A stretch of DNA of 20,000 nt from an uncultured virus (IMG/VR IMGVR_UViG_3300036958_000084) (taxonomy: Duplodnaviria; Heunggongvirae; Uroviricota; Caudoviricetes): IMG/VR virus record IMGVR_UViG_3300036958_000084, one strand, 5' to 3'. The notes beneath the pieces were generated by a model. The model was not told the origin of the DNA. It worked only from the letters and a program-made list of their open reading frames with translations, and made no database searches. The translations under genes were made by a program, and so were the position numbers. This document shows positions 1 through 8,972 of the stretch, piece by piece; position 1 is the first letter of the stretch, and every line of letters starts with the position of its first letter.

Positions 1-20
1 GCAGTGCGATATAAAATTTT

Positions 21-51
21 GGTTTTTTATAGTGAGGAAATATGTTATAAT
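21..51 (+). promoter_or_regulatory. Putative phage promoter (TGnTATAAT extended -10, no canonical -35), copy 1
   Basis: ggttttttatagtgaggaaatatgttataat is 28/31 identical to 12508-12538 and lies just upstream of the RBS (agaggag, 61-67) of the sigma gene. Confidence 0.7.
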
Positions 52-76
52 TTTATATAGAGAGGAGCTGCAGGAA

Positions 77-667
77 ATGCAAGCTAGCGACTTGAATGAC
101 GTGCTTGATATTAGAAGGAATGATCTTCTGTATAAGCCAAAGAAAACTAAACAGGATATAAACATTCTACTCAGTGTACACAAGAACCTAATCTACTGGT
201 GCTTGTCACGATACAATAAGTTGTATGATGCGGATGCTGAGTCTGCAGCATGGGAAGCTCTCTGGGATGCTATTGCTACTTATAACGTGTATGATACAGT
301 TGCATTTTCAACGTATGCTGTACGCGTTATAAAGAATAGAATTGGTGACGTAATTAGAAAACAAAATCAAAGATGCGTCTTTGAAATTGTTCCATTCGAT
401 GAAGACTTCGATCCAGTAGATGCGTCCACTTCAATTAATTCTGCCTACGAAGCTAAAGAGTTGCTGGACAAAGCAAACAAGCTTGTAGACCAGTATATTG
501 ATATGAAGCAAGACAGCATCACGAAGAACATCTTGATCGTTTGGCGGGCTGCTAATTTCGACATCACCAAAACTATGATTGCCACCATATGTAGAACATC
601 TTGTTCTAAAGTTTGCGAAGCTTTGAATGGTGTTCGTGCATATGTGTCAGGCAGATTAAGGGACTAG
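77..667 (+). CDS. Phage-encoded RNA polymerase sigma70-family factor (regions 2 and 4)
   Basis: Region 2 signature 'AWEALWDAIATYN...FSTYAVRVIKNRIGDVIRK' and C-terminal HTH-like 'TKTMIATICRTSCSKVCEAL'. Start moved to ATG 77 because of the RBS at 61-67 (track start 32 overlaps the promoter). Confidence 0.8.
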   Translation: MQASDLNDVLDIRRNDLLYKPKKTKQDINILLSVHKNLIYWCLSRYNKLYDADAESAAWEALWDAIATYNVYDTVAFSTYAVRVIKNRIGDVIRKQNQRCVFEIVPFDEDFDPVDASTSINSAYEAKELLDKANKLVDQYIDMKQDSITKNILIVWRAANFDITKTMIATICRTSCSKVCEALNGVRAYVSGRLRD

Positions 668-688
668 CTGTCCCTTAATGCTTATTTT
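655..688 (+). terminator. Hairpin / likely intrinsic terminator after the sigma gene
   Basis: Perfect 10-bp stem attaagggac(655-664)-tagct-gtcccttaat(670-679) followed by gcttatttt. Confidence 0.55.
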
Positions 689-731
689 AAAATCTGTCAC
701 AGGTTTTATGTGGCAGAGGAAAGGAACTAAC

Positions 732-2111
732 ATGAATGACAAACAAGATGCACAGTTCGTAAATTGTGCCAAAGTCCTAACTTTAGTGAGTAACACAAGT
801 GGTGCTATTAGTAAACGCAGTTTGCTCATGAAGTTCGGGGACATGCCGCTATTGAAGCCAATATTGAAACATCTTTACGACCCGTATACAACTACTGGTA
901 TAAAAGATCGCTCATTGTTCGAAGCACTGAATTATGTTGTAGGTGCACCAGCTGAGGCTCCAATGACAATCGAAGACTTTATTGCTTATCTCACTGAGAA
1001 CAACACTGGTAGTATTTATGCTGCAGAACGAGCATGTATGATGTACAAGTGGGCTAAAAATCTTGGAGAGGAAGCTCGCTGGTTGATGTATGGTATCATA
1101 ACTAAGAACCTACAGATTGGTGTAACAGCTGTAACACTGAACCAGTTATACGGCAAAGACTTCATCAAGATAATTGGTATCATGCGTGGTATGCATGCAC
1201 CATCAAGCTTCAACGGCATCTATGTTGCTACTGAAAAGATTGATGGTAATCGCCGTATCATCATGAACTTTGATGATCGCGTAGAAATCTACACAAGGTC
1301 CGGCAAGAGAGATACTGGCTTAGTAGAACTTGAAGAGCAGGCTCAGAAGTATTTGCCTAAGGGCTATGTGTATGACACTGAGTGTGTAGCTGCAGGAGAG
1401 TTTTCTGATAATGTTGAATGTCGGCAGGCATCTGCGTCTCTCCTAAATAAAGGCGGCACACGTACTGGTGTTGTATCAAAGATATTTGATATGATGCCAA
1501 TAACAGACTACCAAAATGGTATATGCAGAATTCCTGCAATGTATCGAAAAGAAATGATTGCAAAGCTGTTCCATGATACAAACGGCTTAAATCTGCTGGC
1601 AACTATACAGCCATTAAATGCGTTTAATCTCTTTGTATCAGAAGAGTGTACGGCATTTGTAGGTCTTCCTATTTTAGGTATAGCACATAACATGCAGGAA
1701 GCAGTACAGTGTGCACAACCTGTATGGGACAGAAACGGTGAAGGCCTTATGCTGGTAGAATATATGTCACCATATGAGGTAAGTCCAAATCCTCGTAAGA
1801 CTTTACTGAAGATTAAGGCTACATTTGAGTCAGTAGTAGAAGTCATAGATGTGCTTGAGGGTACCAACTCCAATGAAGGTCGTATGGGTGCTGTGTTAGT
1901 TAAGTTCACTGGCCGCGATGGTAATGAATATACCTTTGCAGTAGGTAGCGGCTTTACACAGTATGAGCGTGACTTATATTGGCAGTCTCCCGGCGAAATT
2001 GTGGGTCAGAAGATCGAAGTTGAGCACTTTGGCGAAAGTCTGAACAAAGATGGTGGACGTGCGCTTAACTGCCCAATCTTCAAGCGCATAGTAGGTGATG
2101 AGGAGAGATAG
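732..2111 (+). CDS. lig: ATP-dependent DNA ligase
   Basis: Motif I TEKIDGNR (KxDG), III YDTECV, IIIa IFD, IV EGLML, V LLKIK, and C-terminal OB domain (VGSGFT...EIVGQKIEVEHF...PIFKRI). ATG 732 is preceded by gaggaaagga. Confidence 0.93.
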   Translation: MNDKQDAQFVNCAKVLTLVSNTSGAISKRSLLMKFGDMPLLKPILKHLYDPYTTTGIKDRSLFEALNYVVGAPAEAPMTIEDFIAYLTENNTGSIYAAERACMMYKWAKNLGEEARWLMYGIITKNLQIGVTAVTLNQLYGKDFIKIIGIMRGMHAPSSFNGIYVATEKIDGNRRIIMNFDDRVEIYTRSGKRDTGLVELEEQAQKYLPKGYVYDTECVAAGEFSDNVECRQASASLLNKGGTRTGVVSKIFDMMPITDYQNGICRIPAMYRKEMIAKLFHDTNGLNLLATIQPLNAFNLFVSEECTAFVGLPILGIAHNMQEAVQCAQPVWDRNGEGLMLVEYMSPYEVSPNPRKTLLKIKATFESVVEVIDVLEGTNSNEGRMGAVLVKFTGRDGNEYTFAVGSGFTQYERDLYWQSPGEIVGQKIEVEHFGESLNKDGGRALNCPIFKRIVGDEER

Positions 2112-2113
2112 CT

Positions 2114-2323
2114 ATGAAGACGCCGAAGTATTCGTATCATATGTCTTTAATGTTCAGTGGCTTTATAACTGCAAGGCATGCTACTATTGTAGAGGCTGCA
2201 GACTATTTTAAAGTTCCAAAGTCTACGCTATGGGATGCACTGGAGAGATTAACTCCATCAGACAGAGCTGCAAGTCTCAGAGTAGCAAAAGAGAATACTC
2301 ATCGCCACAAGAAAAGGAGCTAA
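2114..2323 (+). CDS. Small HTH DNA-binding protein, SpoIIID-like
   Basis: 'FITARHATIVEAADYFKVPKSTLWDALERL' is an HTH resembling the SpoIIID core as recalled (T-V-R-x-x-A-x-x-F-G-V-S-K-S-T-V-H-x-D-L-x-E-R-L). Basic C-terminal tail. RBS gaggag upstream. Confidence 0.55.
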   Translation: MKTPKYSYHMSLMFSGFITARHATIVEAADYFKVPKSTLWDALERLTPSDRAASLRVAKENTHRHKKRS

Positions 2324-2324
2324 C

Positions 2325-2489
2325 ATGAAGACAGTCCAAGACTTTGCAAAGGAGTGTTTGAGGACATTAGTAGATACACTAAGTTGTCCTACATATGGCG
2401 CTTTTAGATGCTGGGGCTGCATACATAAGACTGCATGTATTTTAACTGCATCAATTGCATATGACATGATATTAGCTGGTAATTTTTAA
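2325..2489 (+). CDS. Small Cys-rich hypothetical protein (54 aa, not in ORF track)
   Basis: aaggag RBS then ATG 2325; MKTVQDFAKECLRTLVDTLSCPTYGAFRCWGCIHKTACILTASIAYDMILAGNF*. Fills the gap between neighbouring genes. Confidence 0.65.
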   Translation: MKTVQDFAKECLRTLVDTLSCPTYGAFRCWGCIHKTACILTASIAYDMILAGNF

Positions 2490-2499
2490 GGAGGAAATT

Positions 2500-3183
2500 A
2501 TGATTGTATCAATCGACGGTGCTGTTAAGAAACCGGGAACAGAAGACTGCCTATCAGTAGGCTGTGCTTTCTTTCCTGAGCTATCTGGCACAGACCTGTA
2601 TAGACTTAAAGTTGAACCTACTGGGTCTACATCTCAGCGCGGTGAAATTAATGGTCTGCTTACAGCCCTTTCACGTATCGTTGAATTAAGGGAGACATTC
2701 CAGTATAATGATGACTCAGTAGTTATTCTTACTGACTCGCAGTATCTACACGATACTGTAACGTATGAGTGGCTACAGAAGTGGCGTGAGGCCGGCTGGA
2801 TTGCAGCTAATGGTGAGGTGCCAAAGAACTGTGACCAGTGGAAAGTTATCTTAGACTTGATAGAAAAGCTTGAGACCTACGGTGTATCAGTAGTTATGCA
2901 GTGGACTAAGGGTCATATATTTAAGTATCCTGCAAGTAAGATAACTGCATGCCTACGTGAAGACACTACTGGTGCTACACTTTTATCTGCAATAAGCTCT
3001 ATGATGTCAATAGCCACTGCTCGTGAGACAGTAGTTAATGCATTCAATAAAGAACGTAGAGAGCATGGTTTTGCAGAGCTACCAGCAGTAATGGCTGCAG
3101 AGTATGTTCTCTACAATACAACCACAGATGGCATTGCCGTGTACATTGCTAACCTTGTACAGGCTGCTAAGAACAAGGCATAA
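2500..3183 (+). CDS. rnhA: Ribonuclease HI
   Basis: RNase HI motifs SIDGA (D), TSQRGEING (E), ILTDSQY (D), W..W...GW....G..KN.D.W, WTKGH, and a late N-x-x-x-D (YNTTTDGIA). RBS aaggagg. Confidence 0.88.
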   Translation: MIVSIDGAVKKPGTEDCLSVGCAFFPELSGTDLYRLKVEPTGSTSQRGEINGLLTALSRIVELRETFQYNDDSVVILTDSQYLHDTVTYEWLQKWREAGWIAANGEVPKNCDQWKVILDLIEKLETYGVSVVMQWTKGHIFKYPASKITACLREDTTGATLLSAISSMMSIATARETVVNAFNKERREHGFAELPAVMAAEYVLYNTTTDGIAVYIANLVQAAKNKA

Positions 3184-3233
3184 ACAGCTTTGCTGTATGC
3201 AATAAATTTATATCCTTAAAGGAGGACCAAACT

Positions 3234-3992
3234 ATGGAAAACGAAATCATGAAGGCAAATATGGCAGCAGAGGTTGCTGCACCGGTAGAAGCTCGCTGTG
3301 GCTTCGAGGACACAGACAATAGTGATATTGTCATCCCGCGTATTAAGGTAATCAATGCACTCAGTCCTGAGAGACAGGAAGGTGCAGCGGAAGAAGGTGA
3401 TGTACTTAATTCACTCACAAAGGAAAAGGTCAACGGCAAGGTATTCATTCCTATCAAACAGTACTACTCTAAGATACACTGGAACCCTGATCGTGATGCA
3501 GATCCTCGTATCATGTGCATGAGTAGAGATGGTAAGATAGGTCAGACTTCAGACGGTGGCAAAGCACTTTGTGACTCATGCACCAAGTGTCGTTTTGATA
3601 ATACAAAGACTGGCAAAGATGCTCAGCCGCAGTGCACTTCATATCTCAACTTCCTCGGCTTCTTTACAGGAGACCCGATGCCTGTAGTTCTTTCATTCGC
3701 GAAGACTAACTACAATGAAGGCAAGAAGATGATCTCGCTGGCTAAGGCTATGAGACAGGACATCTGGGCATACGGTTATATCGTTGACAGTGCTAAGCAG
3801 ACAAAGGGCAGAAATACTTGGTTCAATATCAAGGTAACAATGGGCAATGCTACCGCTACTGAAGACGTGATGCTTGCCCGTGAACTGTATAACGCATATA
3901 AGCGCATAGCTCTCAGTGTTGACTACGAGGATGTAGCTACTCTGAGTAATGACGTACCTCCTGTAGATGCAAACGTTGCTGCCGAGATTTGA
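3234..3992 (+). CDS. Putative single-stranded DNA-binding / annealing protein
   Basis: Directly upstream of the primase-helicase with a strong RBS. Has a 'DIVIPRIKVINALSPE' motif, a Cys cluster (C...CDSCTKC...C), aromatic beta-rich segments and an acidic C-terminal tail. Function is inferred. Confidence 0.5.
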   Translation: MENEIMKANMAAEVAAPVEARCGFEDTDNSDIVIPRIKVINALSPERQEGAAEEGDVLNSLTKEKVNGKVFIPIKQYYSKIHWNPDRDADPRIMCMSRDGKIGQTSDGGKALCDSCTKCRFDNTKTGKDAQPQCTSYLNFLGFFTGDPMPVVLSFAKTNYNEGKKMISLAKAMRQDIWAYGYIVDSAKQTKGRNTWFNIKVTMGNATATEDVMLARELYNAYKRIALSVDYEDVATLSNDVPPVDANVAAEI

Positions 3993-4002
3993 GGTGGCAT
4001 AG

Positions 4003-6951
4003 ATGTCAAAATGGAGAAACTATTGTAATCAAATTCTGAATTCTCTTGACAATGACTCTTTTTACTCGAGCACATTAGACGCCCTTGGTCTTAAGTATAG
4101 CCGCAGAGGCCTTGAGATTAAGGGCATGTGCCCTTTTTCTCACAAGCATCCGAATGGTAAAGATGCAATTCCATCATTCACAGCAAATATTGGTACAGGC
4201 GTTTATTTCTGCAACAGCTGCGGCTCAAAAGGTAATGCGCATACATTTGTGATGGAGACTAAAGGCTTAAGCAGACAGGATGCTTGGTATTATTTAGGAG
4301 ATGCATTAGGCCTCGAAAGACCAACAGCTATAGATAATAGACCGGATATAGATCCAGCATTAGTAGCACAATGGCATAAGGCCCTCATGGAAAGTAATGC
4401 ACCAATCAGAGAATACCTACGTAAGCAGCGTGGAATAACTGATGAGACCCTTAAGAAGTATCATATAGGCTTCGATGGTGATCGCGTTACGCTGCCAATA
4501 TACAACGAATTTAATGAGCTCGTTAACATTCGTAGATATAAGTGGAATTCGTATGAAGGTGCTACAAAGATGATTAACTATGAAGACGAGCAGGGTAATA
4601 CATACGGCGAAGTTCGTCTTTATGGTGTAGAAAATCTCATAGATGAAGAGCCAGAGAGCGTAATGCTATCTGAGGGAGAATGGGATAGACTCATTGCAGA
4701 ACAGAATGAAATTCCGGCAGTAACATCAACAGGTGGTGCTGGCAACTTTAATCAGGAATTCTTTGACTTCTTTAGGAAGAAAAAGTATGTTTACATCTGT
4801 TATGATAATGATGAAGCTGGTAGATTAGCAACTTCATATTTCTTGGAGAATGCTCCGTCTGGGCCAATATACTATGTAATTAGTTGGCCAAAAGAATTAC
4901 CTGCCAAGTCTGATATAACTGATGCATTCGTGACATACGGCTACACGAAAGAGTCATTCCTTAAGTTGTTCAGTCCATACAAAAAGCAAGAGGCACCGTT
5001 AGTAGATCTACTATCTGCTACTGATGCTAAATATGTAGGCAAAAGAATTAAAGTCAATGGTCTGCTCGCCGGTAAAGCAACAGTGCCATTTATATATCCA
5101 AAGCTACTAACATGCAAATGTGGCGTAGTTGCTGAAGGTGGTGAAGCTGAATTAAAGTCTTGTGCTGGATGCATGTATGCCGGTGGTGCTCAGAGACAGT
5201 TTAGATTGACTCCAAAGACAAACGGAATATTAGGGTTAATTGATTGCTCTGAGAAAGAGTATGGAGCAGCTTTGAGATCATTATGCGGGGTACCTCCTCG
5301 CTGCAATAATGCAAGAATAGAAGTTCTTGAGCGTGGTAATGTAGAAGCTATAAGGCTTGTACCACGAGCTGAACTTGACTACACAAAGCACAAGATAACA
5401 GAGTTCTGTAGCAGAGACTGCTTTGTATTAACGTCTGATATTCCAGCAAATAAAAAGTACACATTAGTAGGTTACCTACATCCTCACCCGAGGACCCAGC
5501 AGGCTACATTCATATTTGATGAGGTCATACCTGAAAAGGCTGTGTCTGAAGAAAATATTGATGATGATGCTGTAGCAGATACTTTGAAGATATTTCAGCC
5601 AGCAGAAGGCGAGAATATCAGAGAAAAGCTTGATGACATCTATAGTGACCTGGAACGTAATGTGACTTATGTTTGGGGCAGACGTAATGTTATGATGGCT
5701 ACTGACTTGGTATTCAACTCAGTATTAAACTTTTACTTCCAAGGACAGTTTATTAAGCGTGGCTGGTGCGAAACACTTATAATTGGTGACTCCGGTCAGG
5801 CTAAGACCACAGCAGTAGAACGTTTAGTAACGCACTACAAATGCGGTGAAATTATATCAGGTGAGTCTGCAAAGCGTACCGGCTTACTGTATTCAATACA
5901 GCAGCAAGGAAATGCGTGGACACTTATCTGGGGTGCAATGCCACTCAATGATGGTGGTCTACTGGTCATTGATGAGTTCTCAGGTATCTCTGAGGAAGAT
6001 TTATCAAAGATGTCTGATACACGTAGTTCTGGTATATGTAAAGTAGCTGGTGTAGTCACTGGTGAAACTACTGCAAGAACTCGTTTAATCATGATTTCAA
6101 ATCCGCGCTCTGGACGTCAGTTAAAGTCAGAAACTTTTGGTGTCAATGCAATACTTAAACTTATGGGCAAAGCAGAAGATGTTAGACGTCTTGACTTTGC
6201 TGTAGGTGTTGCCTCAGGTGAAGTTGGACAAGATGTTATCAACAGAAGCATCTTGGATATGCCTGATGTACCACATAAGTATACATCAGAGGCTTGCTCA
6301 CTTAGAACATTGTGGGCATGGTCTAGACAGCCAGATCAGATCAAATTCACAAACGAAGCTATGAAGAAAATTCTTGAGAGTGCAATAGCACTTGGTTCAC
6401 AGTTCTCAAGCAAGATACCATTAGTAGAACCTGCAGACCAGCGTATTAAATTAGCAAGAATGTCTACTGCGTTAGCTTGTATGCTGTATAGCACTGATGA
6501 TGGTCATCATGTTATCATAAAGCCAGAACATGTCGAGTTCATAGTAGAATATCTAAAGGACATCTACTGTAGTGATGCTCTGAGATATGATAAGTTCTCA
6601 GCTGAAGATTTTGAGAACTCTGACTCATCTGACGCTACTATTAAGCAGCTCCGCTCTGAGTTCTTAGGACTGGTAATCACAGACAGAACTGTTCAGGAGG
6701 TAGTAACCGCATTGTATCGTCTTCCATTTATGGACAGACATTCACTTGAGGATGCTACTGGTCTTGGTAGTGACGAGCTCAGAAGCTTAATGCACTTCAT
6801 AGTTGCAAAGTCATTAGTAGAAAAGAGTGGCAGCGGCTACAGAAGAACCCCACTCGGAACAATGTTTATTGAGCATATGCTTATGCATCCAGCCTCTGAA
6901 GAGGAACGCAGAGAGTGTCTTGCTAATAAGCATAAACATCAAGAAATATAG
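4003..6951 (+). CDS. Primase-helicase fusion: CHC2 zinc finger + TOPRIM primase + MCM-family AAA+ helicase
   Basis: CPFSHKH...YFCNSC Zn finger; TOPRIM SEGEWD and CYDNDEAG; MCM Walker A IIGDSGQAKT (GDSGQAKT at 5785-5808), WGAMPLNDGGLLVIDEF (Walker B), TARTRLIMISNP (sensor 1), RRLD (Arg finger). Confidence 0.9.
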   Translation: MSKWRNYCNQILNSLDNDSFYSSTLDALGLKYSRRGLEIKGMCPFSHKHPNGKDAIPSFTANIGTGVYFCNSCGSKGNAHTFVMETKGLSRQDAWYYLGDALGLERPTAIDNRPDIDPALVAQWHKALMESNAPIREYLRKQRGITDETLKKYHIGFDGDRVTLPIYNEFNELVNIRRYKWNSYEGATKMINYEDEQGNTYGEVRLYGVENLIDEEPESVMLSEGEWDRLIAEQNEIPAVTSTGGAGNFNQEFFDFFRKKKYVYICYDNDEAGRLATSYFLENAPSGPIYYVISWPKELPAKSDITDAFVTYGYTKESFLKLFSPYKKQEAPLVDLLSATDAKYVGKRIKVNGLLAGKATVPFIYPKLLTCKCGVVAEGGEAELKSCAGCMYAGGAQRQFRLTPKTNGILGLIDCSEKEYGAALRSLCGVPPRCNNARIEVLERGNVEAIRLVPRAELDYTKHKITEFCSRDCFVLTSDIPANKKYTLVGYLHPHPRTQQATFIFDEVIPEKAVSEENIDDDAVADTLKIFQPAEGENIREKLDDIYSDLERNVTYVWGRRNVMMATDLVFNSVLNFYFQGQFIKRGWCETLIIGDSGQAKTTAVERLVTHYKCGEIISGESAKRTGLLYSIQQQGNAWTLIWGAMPLNDGGLLVIDEFSGISEEDLSKMSDTRSSGICKVAGVVTGETTARTRLIMISNPRSGRQLKSETFGVNAILKLMGKAEDVRRLDFAVGVASGEVGQDVINRSILDMPDVPHKYTSEACSLRTLWAWSRQPDQIKFTNEAMKKILESAIALGSQFSSKIPLVEPADQRIKLARMSTALACMLYSTDDGHHVIIKPEHVEFIVEYLKDIYCSDALRYDKFSAEDFENSDSSDATIKQLRSEFLGLVITDRTVQEVVTALYRLPFMDRHSLEDATGLGSDELRSLMHFIVAKSLVEKSGSGYRRTPLGTMFIEHMLMHPASEEERRECLANKHKHQEI

Positions 6952-6961
6952 GAGGTCCAAC

Positions 6962-7213
6962 ATGGGCATAGAAATTATCTTTGGCATTGCAGATCCAGTA
7001 TCGCAGACAATTGAGCAGTGCCCAAACCTTACAATAAAGCCAGAAGATGGCATCACAATTCCACCTTCATTAGGTGACTACATGCAGATCAATAAGAAGC
7101 TCTACGAAGTAGTACAGCGTGGATACTACATTACAATAGACCCAAAGACTAATGAAAAGTCTGTGACATATCACGTAGGGCTTATGCCAAGAGGTGAGAA
7201 TAATGCAGAGTAA
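6962..7213 (+). CDS. Hypothetical protein (83 aa)
   Basis: aggagg RBS before ATG 6962; packed between neighbouring genes. Confidence 0.7.
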   Translation: MGIEIIFGIADPVSQTIEQCPNLTIKPEDGITIPPSLGDYMQINKKLYEVVQRGYYITIDPKTNEKSVTYHVGLMPRGENNAE

Positions 7214-8258
7214 AGAAGAACTTTTGGAGCTACTGTGTGAGGCAAGACCTGATGCTTCATCTGAAGAGTACTCTGCATGGATAAGTGTGCTTGTACAGCT
7301 AAAGGGTTGTCATGTGCATTCATTAGCAGCTCAGGGTATTGATGATGCCGGTTGGCATGCAGCAAGAGCCAAAGGCATAGGTGGTTCTGAGATAGCCGCT
7401 ATCTTAGGTAAGTCTACATGGTCGAGTCCGTATGACATCTATATCAAAAAGGTGCCGCAGTTTGCAAATGAAGATGCTGCACCACAGTCTGAGGCTGCTC
7501 GTTGGGGAAATGTTCTTGAAGACTCAATCTTAAAGGAATGGGCACATAGAACTGGTAGAATTTACATTCATCTTCCAGTGTCTCTGCAGAGCGATGACAA
7601 TCCAATATTCATCGCAAATGTAGACGGCTTTGAGCTTGCTGAAGATGGTACAGTAATTGGTATTCTTGAGTGTAAGACGACAAGTACATATAATAAAGAA
7701 GCTTGGGAGTCTGGTGAAATCCCAATATACTATATGTATCAGATACAGTGGTATATGATGATAACTGGTCTTCCTACGGCATGCATCATGTGTTTGGTAG
7801 GTGGACAGAAGTTCTACTACTATGACATACCAGCACTTGAGGCTGTGGCAAAAGAAGAGCGTGAGGGTGCAGTAGACTTCTGGGAAAATCATGTAGTTCC
7901 ACAGATAGCACCTGAGCTTACTGACGTTGATGCAGATAGGCTTGTAGAGGCTAAAGTTGAAGATAAAGAAGTATCAGAGCCCGTAATAACTGAGGATAGT
8001 GATACTATCTTAAATCTTGAAAACTACATAGCAATCCGTGAGCAGATATCCGCGTTGGAAAAGCTGAAGAAAGTATGCTATGCAAAGATACTCGAAAAGC
8101 TTGGAACAGCTGATGAGATGATTGCAGGTAGCTATGCAGTCAAGTGCTCATATCAAACACGTAAAACATGTGACTTCGAACTACTGGCAGCAAAATATCC
8201 TGAGGTATATGCAGAAGTAGTTGAAAGCAAAACCAGCATGAGATTAAATGTAAAGTGA
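7203..8258 (+). CDS. YqaJ-like (lambda exonuclease family) recombination nuclease
   Basis: W...RAKGIGGSEIAAILG.S.WSSPYDIYIKK, ARWGNVLE, ANVDG, ILECKT, YMYQIQWYM. RBS gaggtg before ATG 7203. Confidence 0.92.
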   Translation: MQSKEELLELLCEARPDASSEEYSAWISVLVQLKGCHVHSLAAQGIDDAGWHAARAKGIGGSEIAAILGKSTWSSPYDIYIKKVPQFANEDAAPQSEAARWGNVLEDSILKEWAHRTGRIYIHLPVSLQSDDNPIFIANVDGFELAEDGTVIGILECKTTSTYNKEAWESGEIPIYYMYQIQWYMMITGLPTACIMCLVGGQKFYYYDIPALEAVAKEEREGAVDFWENHVVPQIAPELTDVDADRLVEAKVEDKEVSEPVITEDSDTILNLENYIAIREQISALEKLKKVCYAKILEKLGTADEMIAGSYAVKCSYQTRKTCDFELLAAKYPEVYAEVVESKTSMRLNVK

Positions 8259-8267
8259 GGTAACAGT

Positions 8268-8657
8268 ATGGAACAGTACGATATGCTTGCAGACTTATTT
8301 GCAAGACAGAAAGCGGCACAGGAAGCTCGTGGTTATCAGTTTCCTATGGAAGGACAGAATGCAGCAGACTATATCAAGTCGCATACACTACACTGCGTAG
8401 ATGAACTTATGGAAATGCTTCATGAAGTTAAGGGCTACAAGGAGTGGAAGGTCTACGACTTTGACGACACTATAGATAATAAAGTGCAGCGTACAAAGGC
8501 AAAGGAAGAATTAGTAGATGCAGTTCACTTCCTGATAAATGTAGCACTTGCACTGAATATCTCAGCTGCTGACCTATATCTTGCATACAAGAACAAAGAG
8601 CAGATAAACTACAATCGTCTGAAGGACACAAGAAACTACAAGAAAGATACAGAATAG
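8268..8657 (+). CDS. All-alpha nucleotide pyrophosphohydrolase (dimeric dUTPase / MazG-like)
   Basis: DELMEML..., KEWK, KEELVDAVHFL, Y..K..IN..R pattern; adjacent to thyX. Confidence 0.82.
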   Translation: MEQYDMLADLFARQKAAQEARGYQFPMEGQNAADYIKSHTLHCVDELMEMLHEVKGYKEWKVYDFDDTIDNKVQRTKAKEELVDAVHFLINVALALNISAADLYLAYKNKEQINYNRLKDTRNYKKDTE

Positions 8658-8665
8658 GAGTTAAT

Positions 8666-8968
8666 ATGGAGCATTCAAATATAACACTAACTCCTATTGC
8701 AGAGAGCATGAATAATCATGTTGACGTCCTGAAGAAAGCTTCGGATAGTTTAATTAAAGTGTCCAAGCTTTCTAATGCGGGATGCATACAAGTAGATATA
8801 GATGCTGATCTTGAAACTATAGGAACTGCCTACTATCTACTGAAGACATATTATTCTAATGCACTTCGTGCAAACAAGATACCAGAGGCTGATGAAATGA
8901 TAAGAAAGCATGTCACTGAATATATGGAAGGCGGCAGGCAAGGCATTAAGCTTATAAGAAAGGGATGA
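8666..8968 (+). CDS. Hypothetical protein
   Basis: aggag RBS, 100-aa ORF within the operon. Confidence 0.7.
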   Translation: MEHSNITLTPIAESMNNHVDVLKKASDSLIKVSKLSNAGCIQVDIDADLETIGTAYYLLKTYYSNALRANKIPEADEMIRKHVTEYMEGGRQGIKLIRKG

Positions 8969-8972
8969 TACT

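Noticed and set aside
3184..3196. Small hairpin acagc-ttt-gctgt upstream of the SSB-like gene
   Set aside because: Only a 5-bp stem with no U-tract; too weak to call a terminator or operator
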